Part shown: positions 51,528 through 62,265 of the stretch, piece by piece
Layout: each line of letters begins with the position of its first letter
Position numbering within the stretch: the first letter of the stretch is position 1
Assembly (NCBI GenBank): GCA_964188305.1
Contig: OZ076892.1
Source: Podarcis bocagei
Lineage: Eukaryota
Length of the DNA: 64,000 bases
Strand: one strand, 5' to 3'
Notes under the pieces: model-generated
Databases searched by the model: none
Told to the model about the DNA's origin: nothing
Seen by the model: the letters and a program-made list of their open reading frames with translations, nothing else
Program-made: the position numbers and the translations under genes

Positions 51528-52616
51528 CTGGAGATCCGTGAGATGGTTTAAGAGAAGGGGGAACACAAAACAAGCAGACAGAAACTTATGACTGAAAATG
51601 GAATAAACGGGAAACAAATCTAAAACAAAACTGAGAAATGAGCGTGTCTGATGAACATGCAAACTCAAAGTAAAAATATCCACCCACGAGGGCAATAACA
51701 TATATGAAATAAATTGTTTAAATAAAGAAAAGTGAGAGATGGGAGTTTTGCTTCATTCTTCTCTGGAGGCCAGGTAATCTCATGAACAGGAGTTATAGCT
51801 GCGGCTGCTATTTTCATAGCTTAAAGAGGAAAAGTTACTGAATTTGGGAAACGGTGTGTGTGGTGGGGTGTATCTCTCACACAATTCCCTTCTAATGAGC
51901 CAGGATTCTTCCTACCCAGAGACCCCTGATTGACACCAACAATGATTCCTGCTTGCGATTGGTTGAGCTGACGTGACATCACTCAAGTGTTCAAACACTC
52001 TAAGGCTGCAATCCTATGCACAATTACCTGGGAGTAAGTCCCACTAAACCCATTGGAACTTATTCCAAACAGGATTGCAAATCCAGGATTGCACCAAGTG
52101 CAGGATTCTAGGATTTAGTGATATGGGCAATATGCTAGGAACTACTAAAGTTAAAAACCTAAGAACAACCCTACTGCTGGATTAGTCCAATAGATCAGTA
52201 TCCTGCTCTTATACTGGCCAAACGAATGCCTGTACGAAGTCTGCAAGCAGGACCCAAGTGTATCGGCATTCTACCTGTCTCTGATTCCCACACCTGCTAT
52301 TCAGGGGTATACTGTGTCTGACAGCGAAAGCAGAACGTAAGTCACCATGGGTAGTAGTTATTGGCAGTCTTGTCCTGCATGTTCTGAGGCTCAACATTTT
52401 GCTTGGATACAAACCATGAGAATCTTCATCCTGAATTCCAACCAACTCAACTTGGCTTAAGGATTGTTCTGTTATGACAAGCATGTTTCCACCCCCACAA
52501 AATTTTATTCAGGTACCCAGGTTCCACAGCAGCAGCTATTCTTACTGAAGTGGCTACCGCACAGTGCCGCCCAGTCACCCCCACATTTCGCAATTCCTTG
52601 GCAACCCTTCGCCCAC

Positions 52617-52776
52617 CTTATGCCGGCTTATCTGCTGCTGGATCTTGGCCGTCTGAGTCCCAATGGGCTCAGAGTTGGCCAGTTTCTTCTCAGTCACCGA
52701 CAGCCAGTCAGAGATGGGCTCTGATGTCTCGTGGAACTGCTTGGCCAAAACCAGGATCTCCTCCAGCTGGTTTTGC
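52617..52776 (-). CDS. MACF1: MACF1 spectrin-repeat exon
   Basis: (R)[53 protein letters not shown]. Confidence 0.95.
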
Positions 52777-52994
52777 CTGTGGCAAGAAAAAAACAAATCC
52801 ATCAGCAACAATTTGGGGGGAGGGGCGCGAGGAAGAAGATGAGGCTACTTTGACATTTCTGCAATAACAAAGAATGAAATGAGCACCCAGAGTATTTATC
52901 CTGAGAAAGTTGAGCAGATAACCAGGTTCAGTTTTTGCACCAGGGATTCTCCTAGAAAACAAACATTTTAAGAGACTTCCAGGACTGGCTGGAA

Positions 52995-53089
52995 CAGCCT
53001 TCGCCAAGGTGATGCCCTCCAGATGTTTTGGACTACTACTCCCATCAGCCCAAGCCAACATCTGGAGGGCATCAACTTGGCAAAGGATG
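52995..53089. mobile_element. Palindromic non-autonomous DNA element (MITE); representative of a family with about 12 copies in the window
   Basis: Inverted ends GCCAAG-TGATGCCCTCCAGATGTT...AACATCTGGAGGGCATCA-CTTGGC around TGGACTAC-ACTCCCATC. Relatives near 13993-14097, 17370-17480, 21480-21605, 27480-27700, 33880-34020, 39110-39215, 44175-44270, 46225-46350, 46660-46800, 50750-50870, 58000-58140 and 62995-63125. Confidence 0.7.
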
Positions 53090-53324
53090 GGCAAGAGCCT
53101 CCAGGGTCATTAACTCCATTCCCCTTTTTTTAAAGACAGGATTAATGTATCAAGAGCCTGTCTCATCAACCTTTTGGAGTTTGAGAGCGCCAATAAGATT
53201 GCTGAAACATGTAGTCTGGCAGACACTGCATAGTTGAGCTTCCTGAAAGTTTTTAACAAGGTCCCTCTCCCCAAACACTTCTGAATAAACTCAGCAGTCA
53301 CAGGGTGAAAGGTCAGATCCTCTT

Positions 53325-53760
53325 AAGGATCAGCAGTTGGTTAAAGAACAGGAAACAGAGTGTGGGAATAAACAGACAGTTCTCACAATGGAAGGAAGGA
53401 AGCACGCAGTAAAGTTCTTGAAGGATCTGTGCATTGGAGCTGATGGTGCCCCTGAACTTGTTCAGGAATGATCTGGAGATAGGAGTGAGAAGGGAGGTGA
53501 CAAAGTTTGTGGATGACACCAAAGTATTCAGTATGATGAACAACCAAGTGGGCTGTGAAGAGCTCCAAAGGGATGTCTCCAAAACAGGGCAGGGGGTAAC
53601 AAAATAATATATGAATAAAGTGATAGATGCATGAAGCAAAGCAAAGCAAAGCAACAACAACAACAAAAAAGCAAACAACCCCCCAAACCTTAATGATATA
53701 TACACTGATGGGGCCTAAAGAGGTGATGATTGACCAAAAAGGGAATTGTGGGTTCAGTGA
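53325..53760 (+). mobile_element. CR1 LINE reverse-transcriptase remnant
   Basis: Decayed WLKNRKQSVGINRQFSQWKE...NLFRNDLEIGVRREVTKFVDDTKVF (CR1 KFADDTK motif). Confidence 0.75.
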
Positions 53761-55401
53761 AAATATTGGTAATTTTTGTAGCCCCATGCAAAAGATCTGA
53801 TGATCTGAAATCTCATGTTTAGACATGGTGGGTCTAAGGAGGAGTGGGGTTCCCCCTTCTCCATGTGAATGAAACCTGTCTAGGAAATGTGGGAAAACCG
53901 GGGGGGGGGGGACATACAGCTTGAAGAAATTGCTGATATAGGCCATTTTCACAGATGTTGCACTTGACTCTCTGTGGAGTTGCTGGAATGCAACTGCCAG
54001 GTTTAAAAAATATTAATGATAACCCTTTCCCTGGATTTTACACTTCCATCTAATTCCAGAGCTGTGCAGAAAAGCTTCTCTCTCGCACACACACACACAG
54101 CCTCCTCCCCAAAGCAAAGCAGAAACTTCAAGGGACAGAGGGAGGGAACCTGCAGCTCTCTATACCCAGAACATGGTTCCTTAGCCCTTTTTTTTTTTGT
54201 CTGTGGGTTGCTTCACATATGTGGGAAAGCTCAATGCATGCAGTCATGCGTAATGATGAGCCCACAGGTGTGCCAATATAAATTGGGTTTGGAAGAAACA
54301 CTCCATCCCAACCCCAAGTACTTGAAAGAAGCAGGGTGAGTTAGCAGCTTGGGGGTAAGCTAAAGGGCAGCAGAGAGTAACACAGAGCTGATGCACAGGT
54401 CAAAATCCACTAACATAAAGTTCTCCTGCACTGACTGCCTCCTCTGAAATGAACCACAGCTGTTATCTGTTCTTGCACAGCTACCATTCATTGAAAGGGG
54501 ACCCTCCCCTTTTTCTTACATCTGCAAGGGAGTTCTTGAGGATAACCCTCCACTGACATTAAAACATCCTGGACTGGCCCTGGATGGCCAAAGGTTATCT
54601 GCTACCACTGCTGGTTTAATTGGTATCTGAATTCTGTATTTTTGTTTTATGCTGATTTAATCTTATAGATTGATTTTGGTTTATACTGCACATATTTCTA
54701 TCTTGGCACCTTCGAGTGAAGGGCAGGTGATAAATATTTTAAAGAAGAAAGAAATACTGTGGCACAGAAGCGTGTTCCACACGTGCTGCTCATGGTGCTC
54801 TGGGACTCACAGGATCAAGAGGAGCTTTTTGTGAGTTTTACAAGCAAGAGACTCTCCTGCAAGTAGTGCATCCCATCCTGCGGACAGAGTTTGTATTCTT
54901 CAGTCCTGCTAACCACACTCAGTTGCAATGTCCTAGCCATATGGCGCAGAAGTTCAGAGTGATTTTATTCAGAGTACAGGCATGAGACGGCATCTTTAAC
55001 AGCTTGTTTTGCAAAGTTATTGTGTGCAATGCACAGGCAGTCACAGTTCATAAAATAATTCGTGTTATGAAACAGCAGGGTTACCAGAGCAAAGGGCCAC
55101 AGCTCAATGGCAGAGTATCTGCTGTGCATGCAGAAGCCCCCAGGGGTCCAGCCCCCAGCAGCATCTCCAGGCAGGGCTGGGAAAGGCTCGCTGCCTGAAA
55201 CCCTAGAGAGCTGCTGCCAATCAGAGTAGCCTGTACTGAGCTAGATGGACCAATGGTCCAACTCAGTATAAGGCAGCCTACCAAAAGAACATCAAAGTAT
55301 ACTTTGCGGGGAGAGGAGAGCGCAAAGCAAAAGTCACTTTCTCTCGCTTCAGTGCTAAATTACAGCAGACAAGCTTGCATCCTACAGGCCTTGTAGCTTA
55401 C

Positions 55402-55568
55402 CTGGCTGTAGCTTTGCTGAGAAGTCCTGCCCAGTGGCTTCCAAGGCTCTCCAGTTGGGCAACTATCTTCTCCCTGTCTGCTGGTTCAGCAGACTGAGCT
55501 ATTCTCCCACCCTCTGCTTGGATCATCTCGACAGTAGCTTTCCGGTCATCCAGGAGACGCTGGAGCAG
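55402..55568 (-). CDS. MACF1: MACF1 spectrin-repeat exon
   Basis: [55 protein letters not shown](R); AAG acceptor, AG|gtaagc donor. Confidence 0.93.
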
Positions 55569-56087
55569 CTTTGGAATAAAGTATTAGAAAGTGATAATTA
55601 TTCTGCTAAGGAAGGAATTACCCTTCTGCTTTCAGTAAGGCCAACAGCCCCCAGGGCTCTCCCTCTGCTAAACTCACATTTCCCTCCTACCGCTTTTAAC
55701 TGTGCCCTCTTTCTCCCCTTTCACTCACCACCATCAATTTCAAGTTCCCAGACCTCACCCAACAAAGGGTGCCTTTTATGCCATTCCTAGTGGGGGCTGT
55801 CTCCACACTAAAGGTTGGGTGGCTGCCCCCTATATTGTCCCCTCTCTGTTCTGCAAAGCTCACCAACTACCAGCCTCTTTCCTTCCTTCTCCTGCTTATT
55901 TGACATGGCACAGGTGGTAGATAGAAGCCGCCTGCCAAAAGAAAAGCAAGTGAAACCTTTCCTGTCAGCTGGGGATACCTGGGGCTGCTGGTGGAGCTGA
56001 GTGCCCAGAGCAGAGAGAGGCCATGGAGGGTCCTGCCAGCCAGCTGTGCTCTGTGAGTTCAAGGTCCCCTGGCCCCCAACTCCTCAC

Positions 56088-56258
56088 CTTTTGCTCCTGA
56101 ATCTGAGCCTTCACTACTTTATATTCAGCAGATGGCGGCTTCTGGTTGGAGATGAGCTCCTCCGTGTCGGCCAACCAGCTGAGCAAAGGCTCCAAGGCAT
56201 CCTGGAACTTTCCACAATGCAACAGGGCTTCCTGCAGCTGTGCAATCCTCTGCGCCAC
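56088..56258 (-). CDS. MACF1: MACF1 spectrin-repeat exon
   Basis: [57 protein letters not shown]. Confidence 0.95.
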
Positions 56259-56397
56259 CTACATTTTGTCAGAACATAACAGTCACACATATATATTGCT
56301 ACAGAAGCTGGTCAACCATTTGGAAAATGTGCTTCTCAGATTCGCTTCATTTTCACAGTCACTGTGCAAGGTAGAACATTACTTCTCTTGACTTCTT

Positions 56398-56863
56398 CAC
56401 GGCCTAGGACCCTTGTACCTACAGGACCGCCTCTCCCAGTATGCCCCACGGAGGACCTTAAGGTCCATAAATAGCAACACCCTAGAGGTCCCAAGCCCTA
56501 AGGAAGTTAGATTAGCCTCAACCAGAGCCAGGGCTTTTTCAACACTGGCTCCGGCCTGGTGGAACGCTCTGTCTCATGAGACCAGGGCCCTGCAGGATCT
56601 GATTTCTTTCCGCAGGGCCTGTAAGACAGAGTTGTTCAGCCTGGCCTTTGGCTTGGAGTCAATTTGATTCCCTCCCTCTCTTTCTTTTTTCCTTTCTCTT
56701 CCTGTGATGAGGCTGCATTTTAATGTTTGAATGCTGTATTTTAATCTTGTTTTTAAGTTGCATTCATTCAACTTGTTTTTATTATTGGTTGTTAGCTGCC
56801 CTGAGCCCAGCCTTGGCTGAGGCGGGCAGGGTGTATATAAAAATTATTATTATTATTATTATT
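56398..56863 (+). mobile_element. L2 LINE 3' end with (TTA)n tail
   Basis: Open frame HGLGPLYLQDRL...RARAFSTLAPAWWNAL...FRRACKTELFSLAF, then 3'UTR, GCTGCCCTGAG...GGCAGGGTGTAT terminal motif and (TTA)n. Confidence 0.8.
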
Positions 56864-57096
56864 TTAAAAAGTGACTAATAACATTTATGTAAAAATCTAT
56901 TTCCCAATAATTGGTCACTCTCTAGGATGACCAAGCAACAGAATCCAGAATGAATCTATACAGAGAGAAGCAAACACAACTCACAATGGTGGACAGATCC
57001 ACTGGGGGACACAATTATCTCCCACCCCCAGCCACTTCCCTAAGTGTGCCCCTTTTACCTTCTTTTATATACAGGAATAGAAAAGTACTTGAAGAC

Positions 57097-57097
<1 letters not shown>

Positions 57098-57149
<52 letters not shown>
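57098..57149. repeat. (TG)n microsatellite
   Basis: Direct reading. Confidence 0.97.
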
Positions 57150-57152
<3 letters not shown>

Positions 57153-57491
57153 GGCCCACATCCATTCTCCATGCCTAGCACTAGGTGGCCTGGACTTCAC
57201 GGACAATGATCTTCACTCTGCTCATGGGCAGGCACCCTCCTCTTGCATCCTAACAGCTCCCATGCAATATAAATAGTTGAAGTGCATTTAAATCCCACCT
57301 TTCTTCCATTGTGGAACCCATAGTGGCATACCTGGGTTTCCCAAGGTGTCTCCCATCCAGGCATCAACCATGTTCAGGTCTGGTTAGTTCTGCAAGGTGA
57401 TCACCTTGTGTGCCTGCAGGCTGTATCCCACCGCCCCTCCCAGCAGAAGGACGTTGTTAGTAATGCCGAGGAGCCACCAAGTGCAGCTCAC

Positions 57492-57653
57492 CTTCTTGTT
57501 GAGGGTGTTCCAGCGGGTGTTGATGTCCTCCATGTCATGTTCCAAGCCCTGGACGTCACAATTCTTTCCTGCACTCTGGATGAGTCCCTGTCCGAGCCCA
57601 TTGACTTGCTGCAGTTTTGCCTGAAGTGGGTCAACTTGCTCCTTCTGGAACGT
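57492..57653 (-). CDS. MACF1: MACF1 spectrin-repeat exon (most 5' exon recognised in the window)
   Basis: [54 protein letters not shown]. Confidence 0.95.
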
Positions 57654-60204
57654 CTGAGGAAACATGGAAGTGGGGGAGGGGGGGAGAGAGACAAAGGATG
57701 TCAGCCTCCATCACAAATCATCAGTTTCTTTACTTAGCCATTTTATTTGCTATAGTTTTATCAGGCCGGGAACTCAGGGCAGCATACTGTACATGGTTAG
57801 CCCCACTCCAATTTTATCCTCACAACAAACTTGTGAGATAGATGATGCTTTAGTGGAGATTCTTACTGTCCCAAGGTCAAGATGACTGGCTGTCAGTGAA
57901 CATCAAGGCTATGGAGGGATTTGAATCCAGGTCTCTGTCAGCACACAACATTGATCTAAATCTAACACCAGACTGGCAAGAAGCTGCTCAGTACTTTTGG
58001 GCACCCTCGGCCTGCCTCGTATCCCCCAAGACTTTTTGACAACAATTCCCATCATTCCTGAATATTGGCAGTGCTGGCTGAGCTGATACGAGTTGAAGTC
58101 CAAAATATCTGGAGCACACCCAGATGATGAAGGCTGCCTTAGGGCAATCCCTGGAGGCTACTGGCTAACCATTTCATTCTGTCTCCAGCTGTGGCTGAGA
58201 GCATCTCCTACATATGAATGCCAGACTTCATTTACAGATCACACCAACCCATGAATGAAGCTTGCAGACATAGCAAGTTAATGAGAATGGACTAGCTTAC
58301 TAATTGGCTATCAGTATCTTGAGCTGAGGATATAAAGGTATTTGCAGAGAGGAATCTGGAGTTTTGTTTCACTTCTGGAAAAAGGTTTTAAACACAAGCA
58401 AAAAGAAAGAAAATACTGTGTGCAGCTGAGCTATAAAGGGTATCTCTGTAAAAACCAGCCTGCCAACCTGATAGACAAAAAGAGTGTTAGCTCTGTTGCA
58501 TTTAGAGCTGGGAGGAAAAGTCATGGCAACAAATGAGGCTGTACTGAAACACAACATGTGGGCCTAGAAGGCAAAGTGGCCAGCAGCTACATCTCTCTCC
58601 ACCACCACCTCCTGCACCAGAAAAGCCAGATTAGCTACACACCCACACTCCTCTGTAAGCTTGAGAGGCATAATTCACCCTCTCTCTCTCTCGGAGAAAA
58701 ACTTATCCACTTCCCTCTCTCAACACTGCTGGAAAGAGCACCACATTCCATAGCATGTTCACACCAGCTGCACAACTGCTTCCTATACACTGCCTTCCAC
58801 ATGCACAAGATATCATAAACATACTGAAGGTTTGCTGCATTATCACTCAAAAAGACAAAAGAAAGATGAGTGCAATTGCTCAATCTCCAAGATCTTCCCA
58901 CGACCTTGTGAGAGAAAAAAAGCACCATAAGGCAAAGCAAGGTTTAGAAATAAAGGGAGGGAAGGATGTGAGAGATAAAATCAGGAGAAGGCTGTTCCTA
59001 TCAGGGAGCCCTGGATCTTCTGAAAAGTACGTGGTGACAGACAAGACTCTGACAAAGAGCTGCCATTTCTCCTTCCCAGGAAAGGGAGGCTCCTGTGAAG
59101 GGGAAATGGTAGCAGAGGAGGAATTAAGAAAAAGGGGAAGGCAGGTAGCTCCTTCACTTGAGAATACTACAGCAGAAGAGGCCATTTAGCCATGTGGACA
59201 CATGAAACGCCAAACCTCTGCAACTCCCAGGAATACAGATGATCACAGGTAGGGAAGAATCCAATGGCTGGAATCAAGAGAGATTCATATGTCCACAAAT
59301 TCCTACACAAAAGATGCTTCCATGTTGGAATTTGCACTGCCTACTCAAGGCTCAGGAAGGCAATCTCATCCAAACTGCTCACTGTCTAGCTAAAGCATCC
59401 CTGGAAAGAGACCCTTTACCCACTAAGGACCAGTTTAGATATGTTTTGGACTGCCCGGTTCTCAGCTTGTTGACTCCCAGCTGCACATGTAAACTGATCT
59501 CAGTGACGACAACAAGCCCTCTGTGTTTCTGGGAGTTCTGATAATATACCATGATATGGCGCACGGCATGTTACTCTTTCATGTCACTTGGTTCCCTCCC
59601 TGTGGAATGGGAAGAACAGTGGCCTGCTTCACGCAGAGCTGGGCAAACTCCAAGGAACCATCAACAGCAGCCACAGTGGCAGATGACATAGGACTGCTTG
59701 CCCTGGATGGTTGCTAAACAGCAGAGGCCCAAAGCCAAGCTGGCAGATGGAAATTAAGGAGGATATACTTTATGCTGCAACTTCCTTTTGTGGGGACAGA
59801 GCAAAGGATGAGTTTACTAAACCTGCATCCAAATCCCTTCTGCCTCACTTCCATGTCTGGTGCAAAATTTTCACTGTGATCTTCAAAGTTCTTTATAGAG
59901 GGCTGGATTTACTATTTTTTTATTTAATGAACACAAAGGAGTTATGTGAGTCAATAAACACCTGAAGGTTTGATGCTGTCCTGGAGAAACATCAACTGTC
60001 ATTCCAGCGCCTCTTTCCCCCTCACCTGACCATATCATTCCTGCTTGATTGGTCTAGCACCTCATTCTCTTCCCAGCTGCCTCCCGCTCCTTTTGCTGCC
60101 CCTTCTCTTCCAGAACTTCCTTTTAAAATGCACACAGTCCCTTCTTCAGCTTACATTGATTCAACTTACGGGAAGGGCTGTAGCTGCATGGAAGAGCACC
60201 TACC

Positions 60205-60406
60205 ACAAGATGCAGGAATAGTCACCAACCTAGATGGCTTTAAAAAAATTAGACAAATTCACAGAGAAGGCTATCAATGGCAATTAGCCACAATGGCTAT
60301 GCTCTGCCTCCACTGCTGCATTCAGGTCCAGGCTTCCCATCTTGCTGGCCAGCCAGAGAACAGGATGCTGGATTAGTCAGTTCCTCTGGCCTATCAAGGC
60401 TCTTCT
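60205..60406 (+). mobile_element. CR1 3' remnant next to the L1 insertion
   Basis: GTCACCAACCTAGATGGCTTTAAAA...TTAGACAAATTCA...AGAACAGGATGCTGGA...GGCTCTTCTTAT, homologous to 8920-9240. Confidence 0.65.
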
Positions 60407-60424
60407 TATAATTAAGTGCTTTGC

Positions 60425-62265
60425 TTTGGAGCGGTGTCAGGCCTCAAGATTAATAAAAATAAGACTAAAATGTTGACTAAAAATCTAACTAAGGAAGATA
60501 TTGTAGAACTAGAACAAAAGACGGGAATTATGACAGCAAAGAAAGTGAAATACCTTGGAGTGTGGATATCAGCGAAAAATATTAACCTATATAAGGATAA
60601 TTATGAAGTCACTTGGAAGAATATTAAGAAAGATCTTGAAATCTGGGAGAGATTGAGGCTATCTTTTCTGGGGAGGATAGCGGTTATCAAAATGAACGTT
60701 CTCCCCAGAATGTTATTTTTGTTCCAAACCATTTCGGTACTAAAAGGTTTAAAGCAGTGTAAAGAGTGGCAAAGAGCCTTAGCGAGATACATCTGGCAAG
60801 GCAAAAGACCACGAATAAAAATGAAAATATTGGTGGACAAAAAAGAAAGAGGGGGATTCGCTTTACCGGATCTAAGTTTATATTATGAAGCGGCGTGTTT
60901 AGTGTGGCTGAAGGATTGGATAAGATTGGAAAATAGGGACATCTTGGACTTGGAAGGTTTCGATAACAGGTACGGGTGGCACTCGTACCTGTGGTACGAA
61001 AAGGTGAAAGTTCATAGAGGCTTTCTAAATCATATTTTTAGGGGACCACTATTCCAAGTATGGGAAAAAAATAAAAATATATTGGAAAGGAAGACACCTT
61101 GGTGGATTTCACCAATAGAGGTGTTAACTATAAAAAAAATAAATATGGAAGGGAAAAATGCCACCTATGAAGAACTAACTTGGAAGACAGATCAAGGGAT
61201 TAAACTTAGACCATATGAAGAGATCAAAAATTTATTTACTGGGTGGTTGCAATACCACCAAGTAAATGACCTGTTAAAAGAAGACAAAAAGAAAGTAGGA
61301 TTTGAAGATAAAAAATCTAAATTTAATGTAGAAGTTATAGAAGGTAAGAACAAAACACTGTCAAGGATGTACGATATTTTGCTGGAGTGGTATACAAAAG
61401 ATGAGGAGGTGAAGGAGGCCATGACTAAGTGGGCAATAGACACTGGATATAACATCGACTTTGAGAGGTGGTTGGAACTATGGAATAAGAATATGAGATT
61501 TACGGCATGCACGGCACTAAAGGAAAACCTGTGGAAAATGATCTACAGGTGGTACCATACACCAGTGAAATTAGCGAAGATTTATAAGTTGAAGGATAAA
61601 AGATGCTGGAAATGTAGAGAGGTAGAAGGTGACCTCTACCATATGTGGTGGTCGTGCTGCAAAGTGAGAGGCTTTTGGGAATTGGTCTATAATGAACTTA
61701 AAAAAATCTTGAAATATACATTTCCCAAAAAGCCAGAAGCTTTTTTGTTAGGAATGGTCGGTAAAGAAATTAAAAAAGAAGATAAGACCTTGTTTCTATA
61801 TGCCACGACAGCTGCAAGAATTATGTTAGCACAAAATTGGAAATTAGAAGTAATACCTAACATAAGTGAGTGGCAGGTTAAAATGATAAATTATGCTGAG
61901 CTTGATAGAATATCAGGAAGATTAAGGGACCAAGACGAACAGAAATTTCATGACAATTGGAAGAAATATTTAATGTATATGGAATCTAAATCTCAGGTGA
62001 CACTGGCGGGGTTGAAATAACTCTAACAGCGGGAAAGGCCTATGTAAAAGAGTTAAAAAGTACGCGACTATATAATTTATTCGATACTTACCAAAGGAAT
62101 GGAGGGAAGTCCAAGGCTCAGTTGAGACTAACTCAGTTATATATTTTATCTATGATTTGTGAAGTGGATATAATTTGTATAAGGTATGTGGTGGATTTTT
62201 TGTTTATGTTTTTCCTGTATATATGTGCAAATATGAATAAAAATTTATGGAAATATATATATATA
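60425..62265 (+). mobile_element. Young 5'-truncated L1-clade LINE (ORF2 RT C-terminus and CCHC region), antisense in a MACF1 intron
   Basis: Stop-free frame to TAA at 62018-62020: FGAVSGLKINKNKT, KYLGV, LSFLGRIAVIKMNVLPR, GGFALPDL, CWKC...HMWWSC. AATAAA at 62236-62241; (TA)n tail; 18-bp TSD TATAATTAAGTGCTTTGC at 60407-60424 and 62266-62283. Confidence 0.92.

Larger units (their letters stand above)
10025..57653 (-). other. MACF1: MACF1 gene span within the window (3' part; 44 coding exons, about 2283 aa); continues beyond 64000
   Basis: Exons below join in frame (6852 nt including stop) and match the MACF1 C-terminal spectrin repeats, EF-hands, GAR and GSR. The C-terminus [10 protein letters not shown]...PGPKR* is MACF1-type rather than DST-type. 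Confidence 0.96.

Noticed and set aside
54811-54856. 46-nt AG...GTGAGT exon candidate
   Set aside because: Frame-shifting, weak pyrimidine tract, no similarity to MACF1.
11559-57653. Dystonin (DST) as the gene identity
   Set aside because: C-terminal residues and the adjacent BMP8-type gene match MACF1.
58825-58845. 21-nt exon candidate after a pyrimidine tract
   Set aside because: GAG acceptor and immediate TGA TAA in the required phase.
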